A program made the translations under genes and the position numbers. The notes beneath the pieces were generated by a model that was given only the letters and a program-made list of their open reading frames with translations, was not told the DNA's origin and ran no database searches. A DNA stretch of 64,000 nt from an uncultured delta proteobacterium (lineage in GTDB: Bacteria > Myxococcota_A > UBA9160 > UBA4427): positions 896,001 through 960,000 of the forward strand of contig CAWGJT010000005.1 in the NCBI GenBank assembly GCA_963822965.1, in the 5' to 3' direction. How positions within the stretch are numbered: the stretch's first letter is position 1; every line of letters starts with the position of its first letter. This document shows, piece by piece, positions 1 to 9,213 of this stretch.

Positions 1-469
1 GGCTCGAGCCGAAGGGCGTCGCTCCTTCGAGCGCGATCGACAGCTCGAAGCGGCCCAGGAGCCGGAAGCCTTCCCGATGGAAGAACCGGATCGCTTCGAG
101 ATTGCGGGCAACGGGCCGCACGTTGACGTACTTGACGCCGAGACTACGAGACTCGGCGATCGCACGCTGTGCCAGCAGTGCGCCCAGCCCATGGCTCCGC
201 TGCCCCGGCTCGACGACGATCGGCTCCAGCTCGGACTCCTCGCCGCTCACGAGAAGGCCGCACAGCCCGAGAACCCGACCCGCACGCTCGACGACCCAGA
301 GCCGATGCAGATCGGACCGCGCGCGGTACTCGTCGAACTCCATGCCCGGATCCGACCCGCCCAGCGTCGGGTCCTGGTAGATGTCGCGGTGGCGCTGCGT
401 CAGGTGGCGCCACAGCTCGCGACAGCGCTCCAGGTCGCCGGGCAGATACTCGCGAATCGAAGTCGACAC
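1..469 (-). CDS. GNAT-family N-acetyltransferase (3' end runs off the window)
   Basis: Not in ORF track; manual translation from GTG 469 (GAGGAG RBS) gives ...ELEPIVVEPGQRSHGLGALL...RPVARNLEAIRFFHREGF, i.e. acetyl-CoA-binding motif A and motif B. Confidence 0.8.
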   Translation of the reverse strand, partial: MSTSIREYLPGDLERCRELWRHLTQRHRDIYQDPTLGGSDPGMEFDEYRARSDLHRLWVVERAGRVLGLCGLLVSGEESELEPIVVEPGQRSHGLGALLAQRAIAESRSLGVKYVNVRPVARNLEAIRFFHREGFRLLGRFELSIALEGATPFGSS

Positions 470-554
470 GTACTCCTCGCGCCGCTGAGGGGTCGCCTCC
501 CGGCCACCCCTCATTCCACGGCGAGTGTAGCGCCACCAGCGGCCCGCTCGCGCT

Positions 555-1343
555 TCACGGTGTCGGGGACGCGGCACCCAGCGCACGCATCAGTGCGTCG
601 TGAATGAGGCCATTCGAGTAGCGCCCTTCCCCTCGGTCGATGCGACGGCCGTTCGCGGCGTCCGAGAACCGGCCACCCGCCTCCTCGACGAGCACGACCG
701 CGGGCGCGTGGTCCCACGTTCGTCCGGTCGGATCGACGACGGCGTCGAGGCTTCCCTCTGCGAGATGAAGGATCGCATCCAGATCCGCCGCGGCGAGCGT
801 CGCGGTTGCGCGAACCCGGTCGATCGACACGTGAGGCGGCTGGGCCCACACGGCGACGGCGCTCGCGCCGAGCGTCGCCGTGCTGGAAACGCGAACGGGG
901 ACCGCACTCGTAGCGGGCGATCCGACCCGCCCCTTGTAGGCGCCACGCCCTCGAGCTGCCCACCAGCACTCTCCCCGAACCGGACGCGAGATGACGCCGA
1001 GGACGACCTCGCCTCCGCTCTCGAGGGCAATGTGGGTGCCCCACTGGGGACGGCCCGCGATGAAGTTCGCGGTGCCGTCGATCGGATCGAGAATCCATCG
1101 ACGCTCGTCGGGACCTCGGGCTCCGAGCTCCTCGCCCAGGATGCCGTCGTCCGGGCGGCGCCTCGTCAGCTGTTCGACGAGGAACTGCTCGACTTCGAGG
1201 TCGACGTTCGTCACCTCGCTTCCGTCCGGCTTCCGGTGGACCTCGACCTCGTGACGGAAGAACCGCAGGGCGATCTCGCTGGCCCCGAGTGCCAGCTCGT
1301 GGACGAGCTCGAGGTCTTCCGAGAGCGCCGTCGCAGGAGTCAT
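555..1343 (-). CDS. Inositol monophosphatase / histidinol-phosphatase family protein
   Basis: Motifs GEE, WILDPIDGT and WDHAP in the C-terminal part of ORF 555..2861; start taken at MTPATAL. Confidence 0.85.
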   Translation of the reverse strand: MTPATALSEDLELVHELALGASEIALRFFRHEVEVHRKPDGSEVTNVDLEVEQFLVEQLTRRRPDDGILGEELGARGPDERRWILDPIDGTANFIAGRPQWGTHIALESGGEVVLGVISRPVRGECWWAARGRGAYKGRVGSPATSAVPVRVSSTATLGASAVAVWAQPPHVSIDRVRATATLAAADLDAILHLAEGSLDAVVDPTGRTWDHAPAVVLVEEAGGRFSDAANGRRIDRGEGRYSNGLIHDALMRALGAASPTP

Positions 1344-1435
1344 GTGGGCCCATCCGCGATGGCCGAAACGTAGCCGACGTGCGACTGGCAGGGCACTCGG
1401 CGGCCCCGGAATCGGCCGGCGCGCAGAGGGCACGC

Positions 1436-2380
1436 CTAGCCGGCTGGGACGAGCTCGCGTTCGAGCGCGTCGCGATCCCAACCCGCGTTGTCCGCCGCTG
1501 CCGCATACGTGGTCTCGAGAAACCCGAGGAGCACCTCGTCGGGAGATGCAGACTGCCGGACTTCGTCGTACGGAAGCAGGAACTCGCCCAGCTGGCTGGA
1601 GTAGGAGGCTGCCGGGGGCGAAACCTTCGCCTTCGAGAATCCGTCCGGCGCCGGATAGGCGTACGAATAGAACGATGCGTGCTCGACTCCACCCCCGCCG
1701 GGCCAGAACCCGGCGCTGCTCACCTCGTGCGAGTAGGCCTCGCGAGCGACCCAGTTCGGGAAGTGGGGAACGCCGCCGGGATGGGGAGGCGCCTCCCTGC
1801 CCGAGAAGCGCGTGACGGCCAGATCGAAGCTCCCCCAGAAGAAGTGGACCGGGCTGCACTTCCCGATGAAGCGCGAGCGAAACTCCTTGAAGACGCGATC
1901 GACCTGCACCAGCGCGCGCCAGAACCGAGTGGCGGCGTCGTGGTCGTAGGGACGGCGCTCCGTGTCGTTCTCGAACGGGATCGCGTCCGCCAGCTCGCTG
2001 GGCGTCGTGTGGATCCGGATGTGGAAGCCCAGCGAAGCGAGCGCGTCGAGGACCTGCCGGTAGAAGTCCGATACCGGACGAGGCTCGAGGGCAATGGATC
2101 GCTGCGCTCCATCGACCGCCTGGATCACCAGTCGCCGACCGAGCAGATCGAAGTCGATCTCGAAGGCTCTGCCGGCGTAGGGAATCAGCGAGGTGCCGAG
2201 GCCGCGCGCGGTCACATAGAGAGGCACGTGCCAGGAGTGGTTGGTCCACGGGGTCTGCACCAGCCGGATCTTGCCGACGACCTGGGTCCACAGGTGAAGC
2301 GTGGCCGCCGTATCGGACCACGCCTCGAAGGGAATCTCCGGCCAATCTGCGCTCTCGGAGCGGTTGATGGGGTTCGCCAC
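1436..2380 (-). CDS. DUF5996 family protein
   Basis: TLHLWTQVVGKIRL...HFFWGSFDLAVTRFSGR...EAYSHEVSSAGFWPG signature. Confidence 0.8.
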   Translation of the reverse strand: MANPINRSESADWPEIPFEAWSDTAATLHLWTQVVGKIRLVQTPWTNHSWHVPLYVTARGLGTSLIPYAGRAFEIDFDLLGRRLVIQAVDGAQRSIALEPRPVSDFYRQVLDALASLGFHIRIHTTPSELADAIPFENDTERRPYDHDAATRFWRALVQVDRVFKEFRSRFIGKCSPVHFFWGSFDLAVTRFSGREAPPHPGGVPHFPNWVAREAYSHEVSSAGFWPGGGGVEHASFYSYAYPAPDGFSKAKVSPPAASYSSQLGEFLLPYDEVRQSASPDEVLLGFLETTYAAAADNAGWDRDALERELVPAG

Positions 2381-2395
2381 ATCGACTCCCTTCCC

Positions 2396-3121
2396 TCAGC
2401 GCCCGGCCACCGGCAGCCACGAGTAGGCTGCTTGGAGGGCCTCTCGCGCCTCTGCGCCGAGCGGCGCCCCGTGGCCCAGGATGACGCGGTCGAAGGGGAG
2501 CGCCAACAGCTCGTCGAGACTGCGACGCAGGGCGGCCCGATCGGAGACGCCGGTCCAACGGATCATGCGGCTCAGCGCGACGCGGTCGAAGAAGCCCATC
2601 GCGCGCGTGTAGAGCTTCGTCCAGGGATGCGCCGGTCGACCGACGTTGTGCACCAGGTCCGCGACGACCAGCACGCGCGCCGGCCGGTAGAAGAGCTCGC
2701 TCTCCTCCAGCCTGAAGCCGTCGATGCGCACCTCGTCGATGACACCCGCGAAGGCTGGCTCGGGAGCCGCAGGATGCGCTCGATCGATCCGCAGATCGGG
2801 ACGCTTCGTGGCGAGCCCCGCCGGGGCGTGCACCCGCGCCGAAGGGAACCGGCCGGCCCACTCACCGACCCTTAGATGATGGAAGAGGTTCGGCGCGTAG
2901 AGGTGCGCCACGGGTCCGAGCGCCTCGACGGCGGCCAGCCGCTCGGTGGTCATGGCGATCGGCGAGTGAAGCAGCAGGCTTCCATCGGCCAGCCGGAGCA
3001 CCGTCATCGTCGCGGTGAGCTGCATCCCGAGGAAGCCCACCGGCCCGGTGTCCGTCCACACCCCTTCGGCAAAGGGAGTCAGCTGGGCTACGCCCATGTC
3101 TCGATGAGATCGTAGGGACAC
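2396..3121 (-). CDS. DUF4336 domain protein (metallo-beta-lactamase-like fold)
   Basis: MTVLRLADGSLLLHSP, APNLFHHL, ADL and ILGHG motifs; start may be 3097. Confidence 0.75.
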   Translation of the reverse strand: MSLRSHRDMGVAQLTPFAEGVWTDTGPVGFLGMQLTATMTVLRLADGSLLLHSPIAMTTERLAAVEALGPVAHLYAPNLFHHLRVGEWAGRFPSARVHAPAGLATKRPDLRIDRAHPAAPEPAFAGVIDEVRIDGFRLEESELFYRPARVLVVADLVHNVGRPAHPWTKLYTRAMGFFDRVALSRMIRWTGVSDRAALRRSLDELLALPFDRVILGHGAPLGAEAREALQAAYSWLPVAGR

Positions 3122-3321
3122 GGCATCCGCCGCCTTCGACTAGCCTGCCGACCGCCGCGGTCGACCCGCTCGATTGTACCGGCTGGATCCCCTCTCGAGA
3201 AATTCCTTCAGAAGCGCATGGACGTCAGACGGCAGCACGTGCTCCCTGACGGAGACCGTTTGCGGTGAGCGGAGCGTCAGGCGCCGCAGCAGCCCCTCGG
3301 CTCGCCTTCGCGACGTCGATG

Positions 3322-3738
3322 TCAGCCAGACCCACTTTCCTTCCCGTGTCCCGCCGGCAGCCGAGCGCCGCGCTCCTCGAGAAGCTCGCGGAGAACCGAC
3401 CGGTGGCATCGTGATTCATCCGCGCAGTAGCACCCGACCGAGAAGTTCGACCGGTGTGACATCGCGGCCAACAAGTCGAGGATTCGCTTCTTGTCCGGCG
3501 AGGACATTTCGGCGCGGTATCGCTTCACGAAGGTGGCCCATTCTCTGTCGGTGTCCGCAGCCTGGGCGATCTTCAGGGTTCGAGCGCTCGGAGCCAACTC
3601 TGGAAACCACACGTCGTACCAGTTCTGTGCGGCGTGCTGGTCCTTCGGAACACCCCGAGGCGGATGCCTCACTGTCCCGATGCGGAGACCTTCGTGCCGC
3701 GCTCGAGCCGTACCGAGCCGAACGATGCGTACCGTCAT
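3322..3738 (-). CDS. DUF488 family protein
   Basis: RIGTVRHPPRGV...WFPELAPS...CYCADESRCHRSVL. Confidence 0.8.
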   Translation of the reverse strand: MTVRIVRLGTARARHEGLRIGTVRHPPRGVPKDQHAAQNWYDVWFPELAPSARTLKIAQAADTDREWATFVKRYRAEMSSPDKKRILDLLAAMSHRSNFSVGCYCADESRCHRSVLRELLEERGARLPAGHGKESGSG

Positions 3739-3777
3739 CGGGCTCGACCCGGTGTGGCCATGTCTTCGCCCAACGGT

Positions 3778-5388
3778 TCATCGGACCACTTCGACCTCGC
3801 TCGGCCGCCAGCTCTTGTCGAAGAATGGCTCCAGCGGGCTGTAGAGCCGCAGGATCACGAACCAGCCCTTGCCCGGCACGGTCTGGATCCAGTTGCCGCG
3901 TTTCACGCCCTCGGGCTGCTTGGGGGCGAAGTACACCGTCGTGGAGCCATTGCGGCTCGGCTCGGCGGCAGGTGACGGATAGCTCTGGCTGCCGGCGCGC
4001 GGGTAGCGCTGTGGCGTGTCGAGCATCGAGCGCGTCATGTTGTCATACAGCGTGAGCGACCAGAAGTTCGCCTCCGGAATCCCCTTGGGCAGGGTCACCT
4101 TGTAGGCCTTGCCACCGTCGAAGTACTGCTTGTCCGCGTCCAGCATGGCCACGAGGTACTGCGAGCCGATACCGGTCAAACGCATGGCCATGGCGGGCGT
4201 GATTCCAGTGATGCCGTAGAAGAAGCTCGTGCGCGCGTCGAGCGTCCGGTAGCCGGTGGACGGGTGCAGCTTGACGCCATTGCGCGTGATCTGCGGGATC
4301 GGCGTCTCGAACTCGTAGCCGGTCTCGAACAGATAGTTGAACCACGACGAGTCCGGGTAGTAGAACCAGCTCGGGTCACGCGGGTGCATGAAGAGCGTGC
4401 GCGAGGCGGCGTTGGCCACCGCCAGCGCCTCAGTCATGATCTTCTTCATGCGTGCATCGGGCTCGAACTTCTTGCCCTTGACGATGCCGATGGCAGCGAT
4501 CGGCCCCATCAGCTCCGGGTCGAGCGATCCGGCGGGCTCCTGCTGCACGATCTCGTCGAGCAGCTGATAGAACGTCCAGTCGCTGGGCGGCACCGTGTTC
4601 ATCACCTTGCCGCTGCCCTCGTGGAACACGGTCGCCGGCGGCGCGGCGATCTTGGCCAGGGGGGCCTTCCCGGCCAGGAACTCGGCGAGGGGTGTGCCGA
4701 GACCGCCGGCCTCGTACGGATAGACCTTGAGGTGCTTGCGGATCGAGTCGGCTGCCGGCTTGGGGTCGTTCTTGTTCTCGATGAAGGCGCGGCCGAACCA
4801 GAGCACGCGAGTAGTCCGCGCGTGGGCCACGGAGAACCCACCCTCGGGCAGCGGACCCTCGTAGCCCGGCGGAACGATCAGATACGTTCCGCCCTCGCCG
4901 CGGTCGGCGCCAGGCAAGCCGATGTCCGTGACCCATCGGAACCAGTAGTCGTCGACGACGCCGAGAAACCTGGGGGGCGTCTCGATCACCATCGGGCCCT
5001 TCGAGAGATCGAGGACACCCAGCGCATACACGGTGTCGGCGTTGGCGGTGAGAAAGAGTGACTTGGCATCCATCAGATCCGAGAAGATCATGACCTCGTT
5101 GTCTTTCACGCCGGCGGCCAGGAAGCCCTTGTGGGCCGCACGGATGCTGACCCCGGAGAGCGTGTTCACGAACGTCTCGTAGGCATGCGTGAAGTCGATG
5201 TGCTCGTACATCTTTTCGGTGGTCGCCTTGCTCGGCGCGCCATTCTGGAACTCGAGCGTACCGAGGCGCGTCTCGACCTTGTCGGGCGTAGTGAGCGCCG
5301 TGGGGACTGCAGCGGACGCCTGAGCCGTGGCCAGGCGCGGTGCTGCCAGCAAGACACAGGCGGCCAACACCGTCAGCGGCGTCGTCAT
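3778..5388 (-). CDS. Secreted DUF1254/DUF1214 domain protein
   Basis: Signal peptide; LFLTANADTVY, FWSLTLYD and NWIQTVPGKGWFVILRLYSP motifs. Confidence 0.85.
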   Translation of the reverse strand: MTTPLTVLAACVLLAAPRLATAQASAAVPTALTTPDKVETRLGTLEFQNGAPSKATTEKMYEHIDFTHAYETFVNTLSGVSIRAAHKGFLAAGVKDNEVMIFSDLMDAKSLFLTANADTVYALGVLDLSKGPMVIETPPRFLGVVDDYWFRWVTDIGLPGADRGEGGTYLIVPPGYEGPLPEGGFSVAHARTTRVLWFGRAFIENKNDPKPAADSIRKHLKVYPYEAGGLGTPLAEFLAGKAPLAKIAAPPATVFHEGSGKVMNTVPPSDWTFYQLLDEIVQQEPAGSLDPELMGPIAAIGIVKGKKFEPDARMKKIMTEALAVANAASRTLFMHPRDPSWFYYPDSSWFNYLFETGYEFETPIPQITRNGVKLHPSTGYRTLDARTSFFYGITGITPAMAMRLTGIGSQYLVAMLDADKQYFDGGKAYKVTLPKGIPEANFWSLTLYDNMTRSMLDTPQRYPRAGSQSYPSPAAEPSRNGSTTVYFAPKQPEGVKRGNWIQTVPGKGWFVILRLYSPLEPFFDKSWRPSEVEVVR

Positions 5389-5455
5389 CTTCTTTATCGA
5401 TTTCTCTCCTAGCTCTCGGCCAAGCGAATTCTCGGATCCAGGGCGAGCGGCGGCC

Positions 5456-5535
5456 AGCCAACGGATCGGCGTTCGGCGGCGGGCGTCGACCTGCTGCTGC
5501 GGCTCGAAACCCCTCGGCGCGACGTGACTCTAGCA
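5456..5535 (-). repeat. Degenerate attC (only R'/L' half recognisable)
   Basis: + strand CCAACGGATCGGCGTTCGGCGG matches the arm of the complete attC sites (CTAACGGATCGGCGTTCAGCGG); conserved internal motif at 5527-5535; R'' arm missing. Confidence 0.65.
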
Positions 5536-5730
5536 CGCCTCATTTCGGCACAGCAGTGTTGCGAGGCTGAATGCAAGCATCACCCCGAAGCGGAAGAGAT
5601 CGAACGACGTCTCCTTGCAACTCCAGCGAGCCTGAAAGATGGCAACGATGCTGGCGAACCCCGCAAAGGCCACTGCGACCTCCGCGAGCGTCGGTAACAC
5701 CTCGCTCGGCTCCGCTGTGAACGGCAAACG
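5530..5730 (-). pseudogene. Truncated cassette membrane-protein remnant
   Basis: Hydrophobic LPTLAEVAVAFAGFASIVAIF...FGVMLAFSLATLL stretch between two degenerate attC sites, with no clear start/RBS. Confidence 0.45.
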
Positions 5731-5822
5731 TTCACCCGCGATGAAGCCCGGCTCGCCGTCTTCGAGTGCATCGAAGGGTTCTAAAGCCGAACGCGTCTCC
5801 ACGCCACAATCGGCTACTGATC

Positions 5823-5927
5823 GCCCGACGAATATGAGCGACTGGAACCCGTTGCTCGACCCCGTGTCTACTCTTCCACTCTTACTCTACCGGGGCAAGA
5901 TCCGTCCGCTGCAACCGATTGTCAGGC
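5823..5927 (-). repeat. Degenerate attC (R''/L'' arm clear, R' arm eroded)
   Basis: + GTCCGCTGCAACCGATTGTCAGGC at 5904-5927 equals the attC arm; R'' = GCCTGAC overlaps the stop codon of the upstream gene; left boundary approximate. Confidence 0.55.
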
Positions 5928-6314
5928 GGCGCCCTGATGAACGCGCCGCGTGACTCCACGCGGAGTGAGAGTGCCGAGCACGATAGCGACGAGCAACAAC
6001 GCGGCAACATCGCCAACCAGGTGACCGCGTTCCGCAGGATCGACGATGGCTTGTACGGCCATTATCCCGCCGTGTACCGCGCTCGACCAAACGGTGAACC
6101 AGATCAGGCTCAGGTGGGCGTCGGGCTCGCGCGAAGCCCAGATCAGAAAGACTCCGAGCGTTGCGTAGATACCCACGATCATCTGCTCGTACTCGTACTG
6201 ACCGGGCTGCCAAGCCCAGCCGGAGGGCCAAACCACCATCAGCGGGTACACGAGGAGAAACGCGACGCCGAATGCGATCAGCGCGGCGCGGAGCAACCTA
6301 TTTCGTTCCGGCAT
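5922..6314 (-). CDS. Cassette gene: DUF6632-like integral membrane protein
   Basis: 130 aa, about 4 TM segments, WPSGWAW...YEQMIVGIYATLG...LIWFTVWSSAVHG; RBS GGGAG; followed by an attC arm. Confidence 0.75.
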   Translation of the reverse strand: MPERNRLLRAALIAFGVAFLLVYPLMVVWPSGWAWQPGQYEYEQMIVGIYATLGVFLIWASREPDAHLSLIWFTVWSSAVHGGIMAVQAIVDPAERGHLVGDVAALLLVAIVLGTLTPRGVTRRVHQGAA

Positions 6315-6347
6315 GGTTTGAACTCCCTCGCTTCGTTGGCGCGGCCC

Positions 6348-6721
6348 TCTATGTTGGCCATTCCGTCAACCCCCGCGGCCGACGCTGTTCGATTCTACAT
6401 GGCCCACACTCCCCGGGGTAGCCTCTCATCCGACGACCTGGCGGCTTCCGGGCGACGTCCGGACCACGCCGAACCACCTTCTATCCGTGCCGAGGACCCC
6501 GCCTCGAGCACAAGAGCCCGTGTGCGCGCGAGCGCGAACTGTGAAGCCTCGGCGCGGGCAGCCCCATCTAACGGGCGGCGCCGATTGCTCGACACCCGGC
6601 GGCGTAACGAGCCACCCGCTCCCAGCTCGGATTCGATCTCCCCTCTTCCCCTCGAAAGCCTCTTCCGCCCCGCGGCCGTCAGGCCGCGGGCCTCAGGCAC
6701 GGCCCCAGAGAACGAGCCGAT
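6348..6721 (-). ncRNA. Putative seek/bridge RNA region of element A (3' non-coding end; also in copies 2 and 3)
   Basis: 374-nt NCR downstream of the transposase with CCGTTAG (6574-6568; attC target) and ATAGAAG (6484-6478; predicted circle junction). Confidence 0.65.
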
Positions 6722-7897
6722 CTACCACCGCACCCGCAGATCCGTCTTCAGCTCCGCCCCCTCCGGCAACACCCCCGTCTCCACGAACCGCCACAGCGCC
6801 ACCAGGAGCTTCCGCGCCAGCGCCACGATCCCGATCTTCCGGATCCGCGGGCTGCCGGACCCGAAGCGGCGCTCGTACCACTTCGACAGCGCGCTCTCTG
6901 GCTGGAACCGCAGCCACGACCACGCCAGCTCGATGGCACTGCCCCGGATGTGACGACTCCCATCCTTCCCGATCCCCTGCTCCCGGAACCGCTTGCCGCT
7001 GTCCTGCGGCGTCGGAGTGAGACCGGCCAGCGATCCCACCTCCTTGCCGCTCCGGAAGGTCCGCCAGCCGAAGAACTCCATGCTGTACAACCACGCCGTG
7101 TTCACCCCCACCCCCCGCAACGTGAACAGCTGCTGCGCCTTGGCCACGGCGAGATCCTCGGGCTCCTTCTCCTGCAGCTGATGCCGGCGCTCCGCCTCGA
7201 GCGCTCGGATCCGGGTCGTGAAGTACGCGTAGTCGGTGGCGTAGCGCTGCAACCGGGCCGCCAACGCGGGCGGGAGCTCGCTCCCGTCCCACAGCCGCAG
7301 GCCCGAGAGCCGCTCCGACAGATCCTTCCAGCCTCGGAGCACGAGCCCGTGGTTCGCGAGCAGGCTCTTGATCCGGTTGCTCACGCGGGTCCGATCTGCC
7401 TTGGCGCTTCGGAGCTCGCGGTGCAGGTGTCGTCGGTCCTCCTCCGCCACCGAGGGAACCCGCACCACGCTGAAGACCGGCTTCGCGCTCCCGGCCAGGT
7501 GCCGCGCCAACAGATCACACAGCGCCGCCAGATCCAGCCGGTCCGTCTTCGCGCGTCGCCGCTTCTGCGGCCTCTCGATGCTGGCCGAGTCGATCACCAG
7601 GCTCTCGACGCCTTCCGACTCGAGCCAGCGGTGCAGCCAGAAGCCGTCGCGCCCGGCCTCGTAGCAGCTCACGATCCGAGCGTCGGCGGGCAAGCCGAGC
7701 TTCTTGCGCGCCCACGCGATCTGTACCCGGAGACCCTGCCGGTCTCGCGATGCGAGGTTCCGCACGAGCGGGGTCTGCCCGAACGCCGAGCTGAACCCGA
7801 CCTTCCACTTCTCTTCGCCCAGCTCGAGGGCCAGCATCAGAGTCGGGGTCGCTGCGGTAATCTCGACCGTCGAGGTCGCTGCCGTTTTCTTGGACAA
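6722..7897 (-). CDS. IS110-family transposase/recombinase (type A)
   Basis: ALELG / YEAG / KTDRLD RuvC-like motifs plus LRGVG...GLTPTPQDSG...ALARKL Tnp domain; TTG start 7897 with GGAGG RBS (ORF track start 7969). Confidence 0.92.
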   Translation of the reverse strand: MSKKTAATSTVEITAATPTLMLALELGEEKWKVGFSSAFGQTPLVRNLASRDRQGLRVQIAWARKKLGLPADARIVSCYEAGRDGFWLHRWLESEGVESLVIDSASIERPQKRRRAKTDRLDLAALCDLLARHLAGSAKPVFSVVRVPSVAEEDRRHLHRELRSAKADRTRVSNRIKSLLANHGLVLRGWKDLSERLSGLRLWDGSELPPALAARLQRYATDYAYFTTRIRALEAERRHQLQEKEPEDLAVAKAQQLFTLRGVGVNTAWLYSMEFFGWRTFRSGKEVGSLAGLTPTPQDSGKRFREQGIGKDGSRHIRGSAIELAWSWLRFQPESALSKWYERRFGSGSPRIRKIGIVALARKLLVALWRFVETGVLPEGAELKTDLRVRW

Positions 7898-7983
7898 GGT
7901 GTCCCTCCAGTGTGTTTGAAGTTCACAAAGGAGGTTAACGGCAGCGGCCTTCTGCGTTCCGGAGCCCATCGCTCATAGGCTCT

Positions 7984-8204
7984 TGTATATCGCCCGCACG
8001 CTTCTGCGGTGCGATGTTGATGTCTGACCCGGGGAGATCGCCGCTGTCTGAGGCCACCGAGCCTGTCCGTTAGATGGATCCCCCGCCCTCTTTGCCCATG
8101 CCGCGGAGTATCTGAGGCCCAGTGAGCCTGCATCTACAAGGCCGGTAGGCAACGGTTCAGGGTCGGGGGACCCGGGTCCCATCGTACTACGAGGGAGGAA
8201 GAAG
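7984..8204 (+). ncRNA. Bridge RNA of element B (5' non-coding end)
   Basis: Two parallel loops ending in TCT-GAGGC...GAGCCTG; guides CCGCTGTCT 8041-8049, TCCGTTAG(A) 8066-8074, GGAGTATCT 8105-8113 and TACAAG 8135-8140 match target and donor. Confidence 0.85.
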
Positions 8205-9200
8205 ATGAAGTCGCGAGGACTCGTGGGGATCGACGTGGGTGCCACGGAGCTCGTCCTGGCTCTGGAGCGGGCCGGAGGCGCGCTCCAGGAAGCCGTCTTC
8301 GCCAACGATCCGGTGGGGCATCGGAAGCTGATCCGGTACCTGACCCGTCGCGGTGCGCAGGCGCGCGTGTGTGTCGAGGCCACCGGTGTCTACCACCTCG
8401 ATCTGTGCCTCGCGCTTCATGAAGCACCTCGACTCGAGGTCATGGTGGTCAACCCCAGAGCCGCCAAGGACTTTGCGCGGGCTCAGCTGAAGCGGTCCAA
8501 GACGGATCGCGTCGATGCGAAGTCACTGCTCGAGTTCGTTCGCCGGATGGACTTCGCGGCCTGGCTGCCTCCGGCACCCTCGATCCTGGCGCTACGAGGC
8601 CTCTCGCGCCGGATCCAGGCACTTCTCGTGAACCGCGCCCAAGAGAAGAACAGACTCCATGCCGACTGCGCGGTTACGAAGACCAGCCCCGTGATCCGAG
8701 AAAGCCTCGAGCGGCACATCGCTGGAATCAATACCGAGATCGAGCTGCTGGCAAACGCGGCAAAGGACCGAATCGCTGCCGACTCGTCTCTGCAGCGGAA
8801 GTTCCAGCACCTCACATCGGTGAAGGGAATCGCAGAGGCCAGCGCGATCACGATCCTTGCCGAACTCGCGGTCCTGCCCGAGGACATGTCGGCTCGCCAG
8901 TGGGTCGCACACGCCGGCATCGATCCACGCTATGCCGACTCGGGCAGCTCGGTCCGCGGCCAGGTGCGCATCAGCAAGGTCGGCAATCGACACCTGCGAC
9001 GTGCGCTCTTCCTCCCGGCCATGGTCGCGAGCCAGCACGAGCCGCAGATCCGAGCCTTCTATCAGAAGCTCGTCGCCAGAGGAAAGAAGCCCATGCAGGC
9101 GCTCGTCGCCGTCATGCGCAAGCTCCTACACGCCATCTACGGCATGTTCCGAAGCGACGCAGACTTCGACGGAACGAAGTTCTTTGCGATGAAGGCTTGA
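8205..9200 (+). CDS. IS110-family recombinase (type B), 331 aa
   Basis: GIDVG / VEATG / KTDRVD DEDD tetrad; ADSG serine; ISKVGNRHLRRAL; AVMRKL; GGAGG RBS. Confidence 0.95.
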   Translation: MKSRGLVGIDVGATELVLALERAGGALQEAVFANDPVGHRKLIRYLTRRGAQARVCVEATGVYHLDLCLALHEAPRLEVMVVNPRAAKDFARAQLKRSKTDRVDAKSLLEFVRRMDFAAWLPPAPSILALRGLSRRIQALLVNRAQEKNRLHADCAVTKTSPVIRESLERHIAGINTEIELLANAAKDRIAADSSLQRKFQHLTSVKGIAEASAITILAELAVLPEDMSARQWVAHAGIDPRYADSGSSVRGQVRISKVGNRHLRRALFLPAMVASQHEPQIRAFYQKLVARGKKPMQALVAVMRKLLHAIYGMFRSDADFDGTKFFAMKA

Positions 9201-9213
9201 CGTCGAAGGGAGT

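Larger units (their letters stand above)
6348..7983 (-). mobile_element. IS110-family element type A (IS1111-like geometry), copy 1, inserted in attC R' box
   Basis: 1636 bp, same ends as copies 2 and 3; sense ends AGAGCCTATG...CATAGA (short CTATG/CATAG subterminal IR); removing it and element B restores GTTGGGC. Confidence 0.92.

Noticed and set aside
77..607. + strand 176-aa ORF from the track
   Set aside because: Antisense shadow of the minus-strand GNAT gene, which has an RBS and motifs
6348..6351. TCTA as a 4-bp target-site duplication of element A
   Set aside because: A 2-nt AG core restores canonical GTTAGGC matching the cassette's R'' and fits the ATAGAAG guide; the 4-bp model gives non-canonical GTTAGAA
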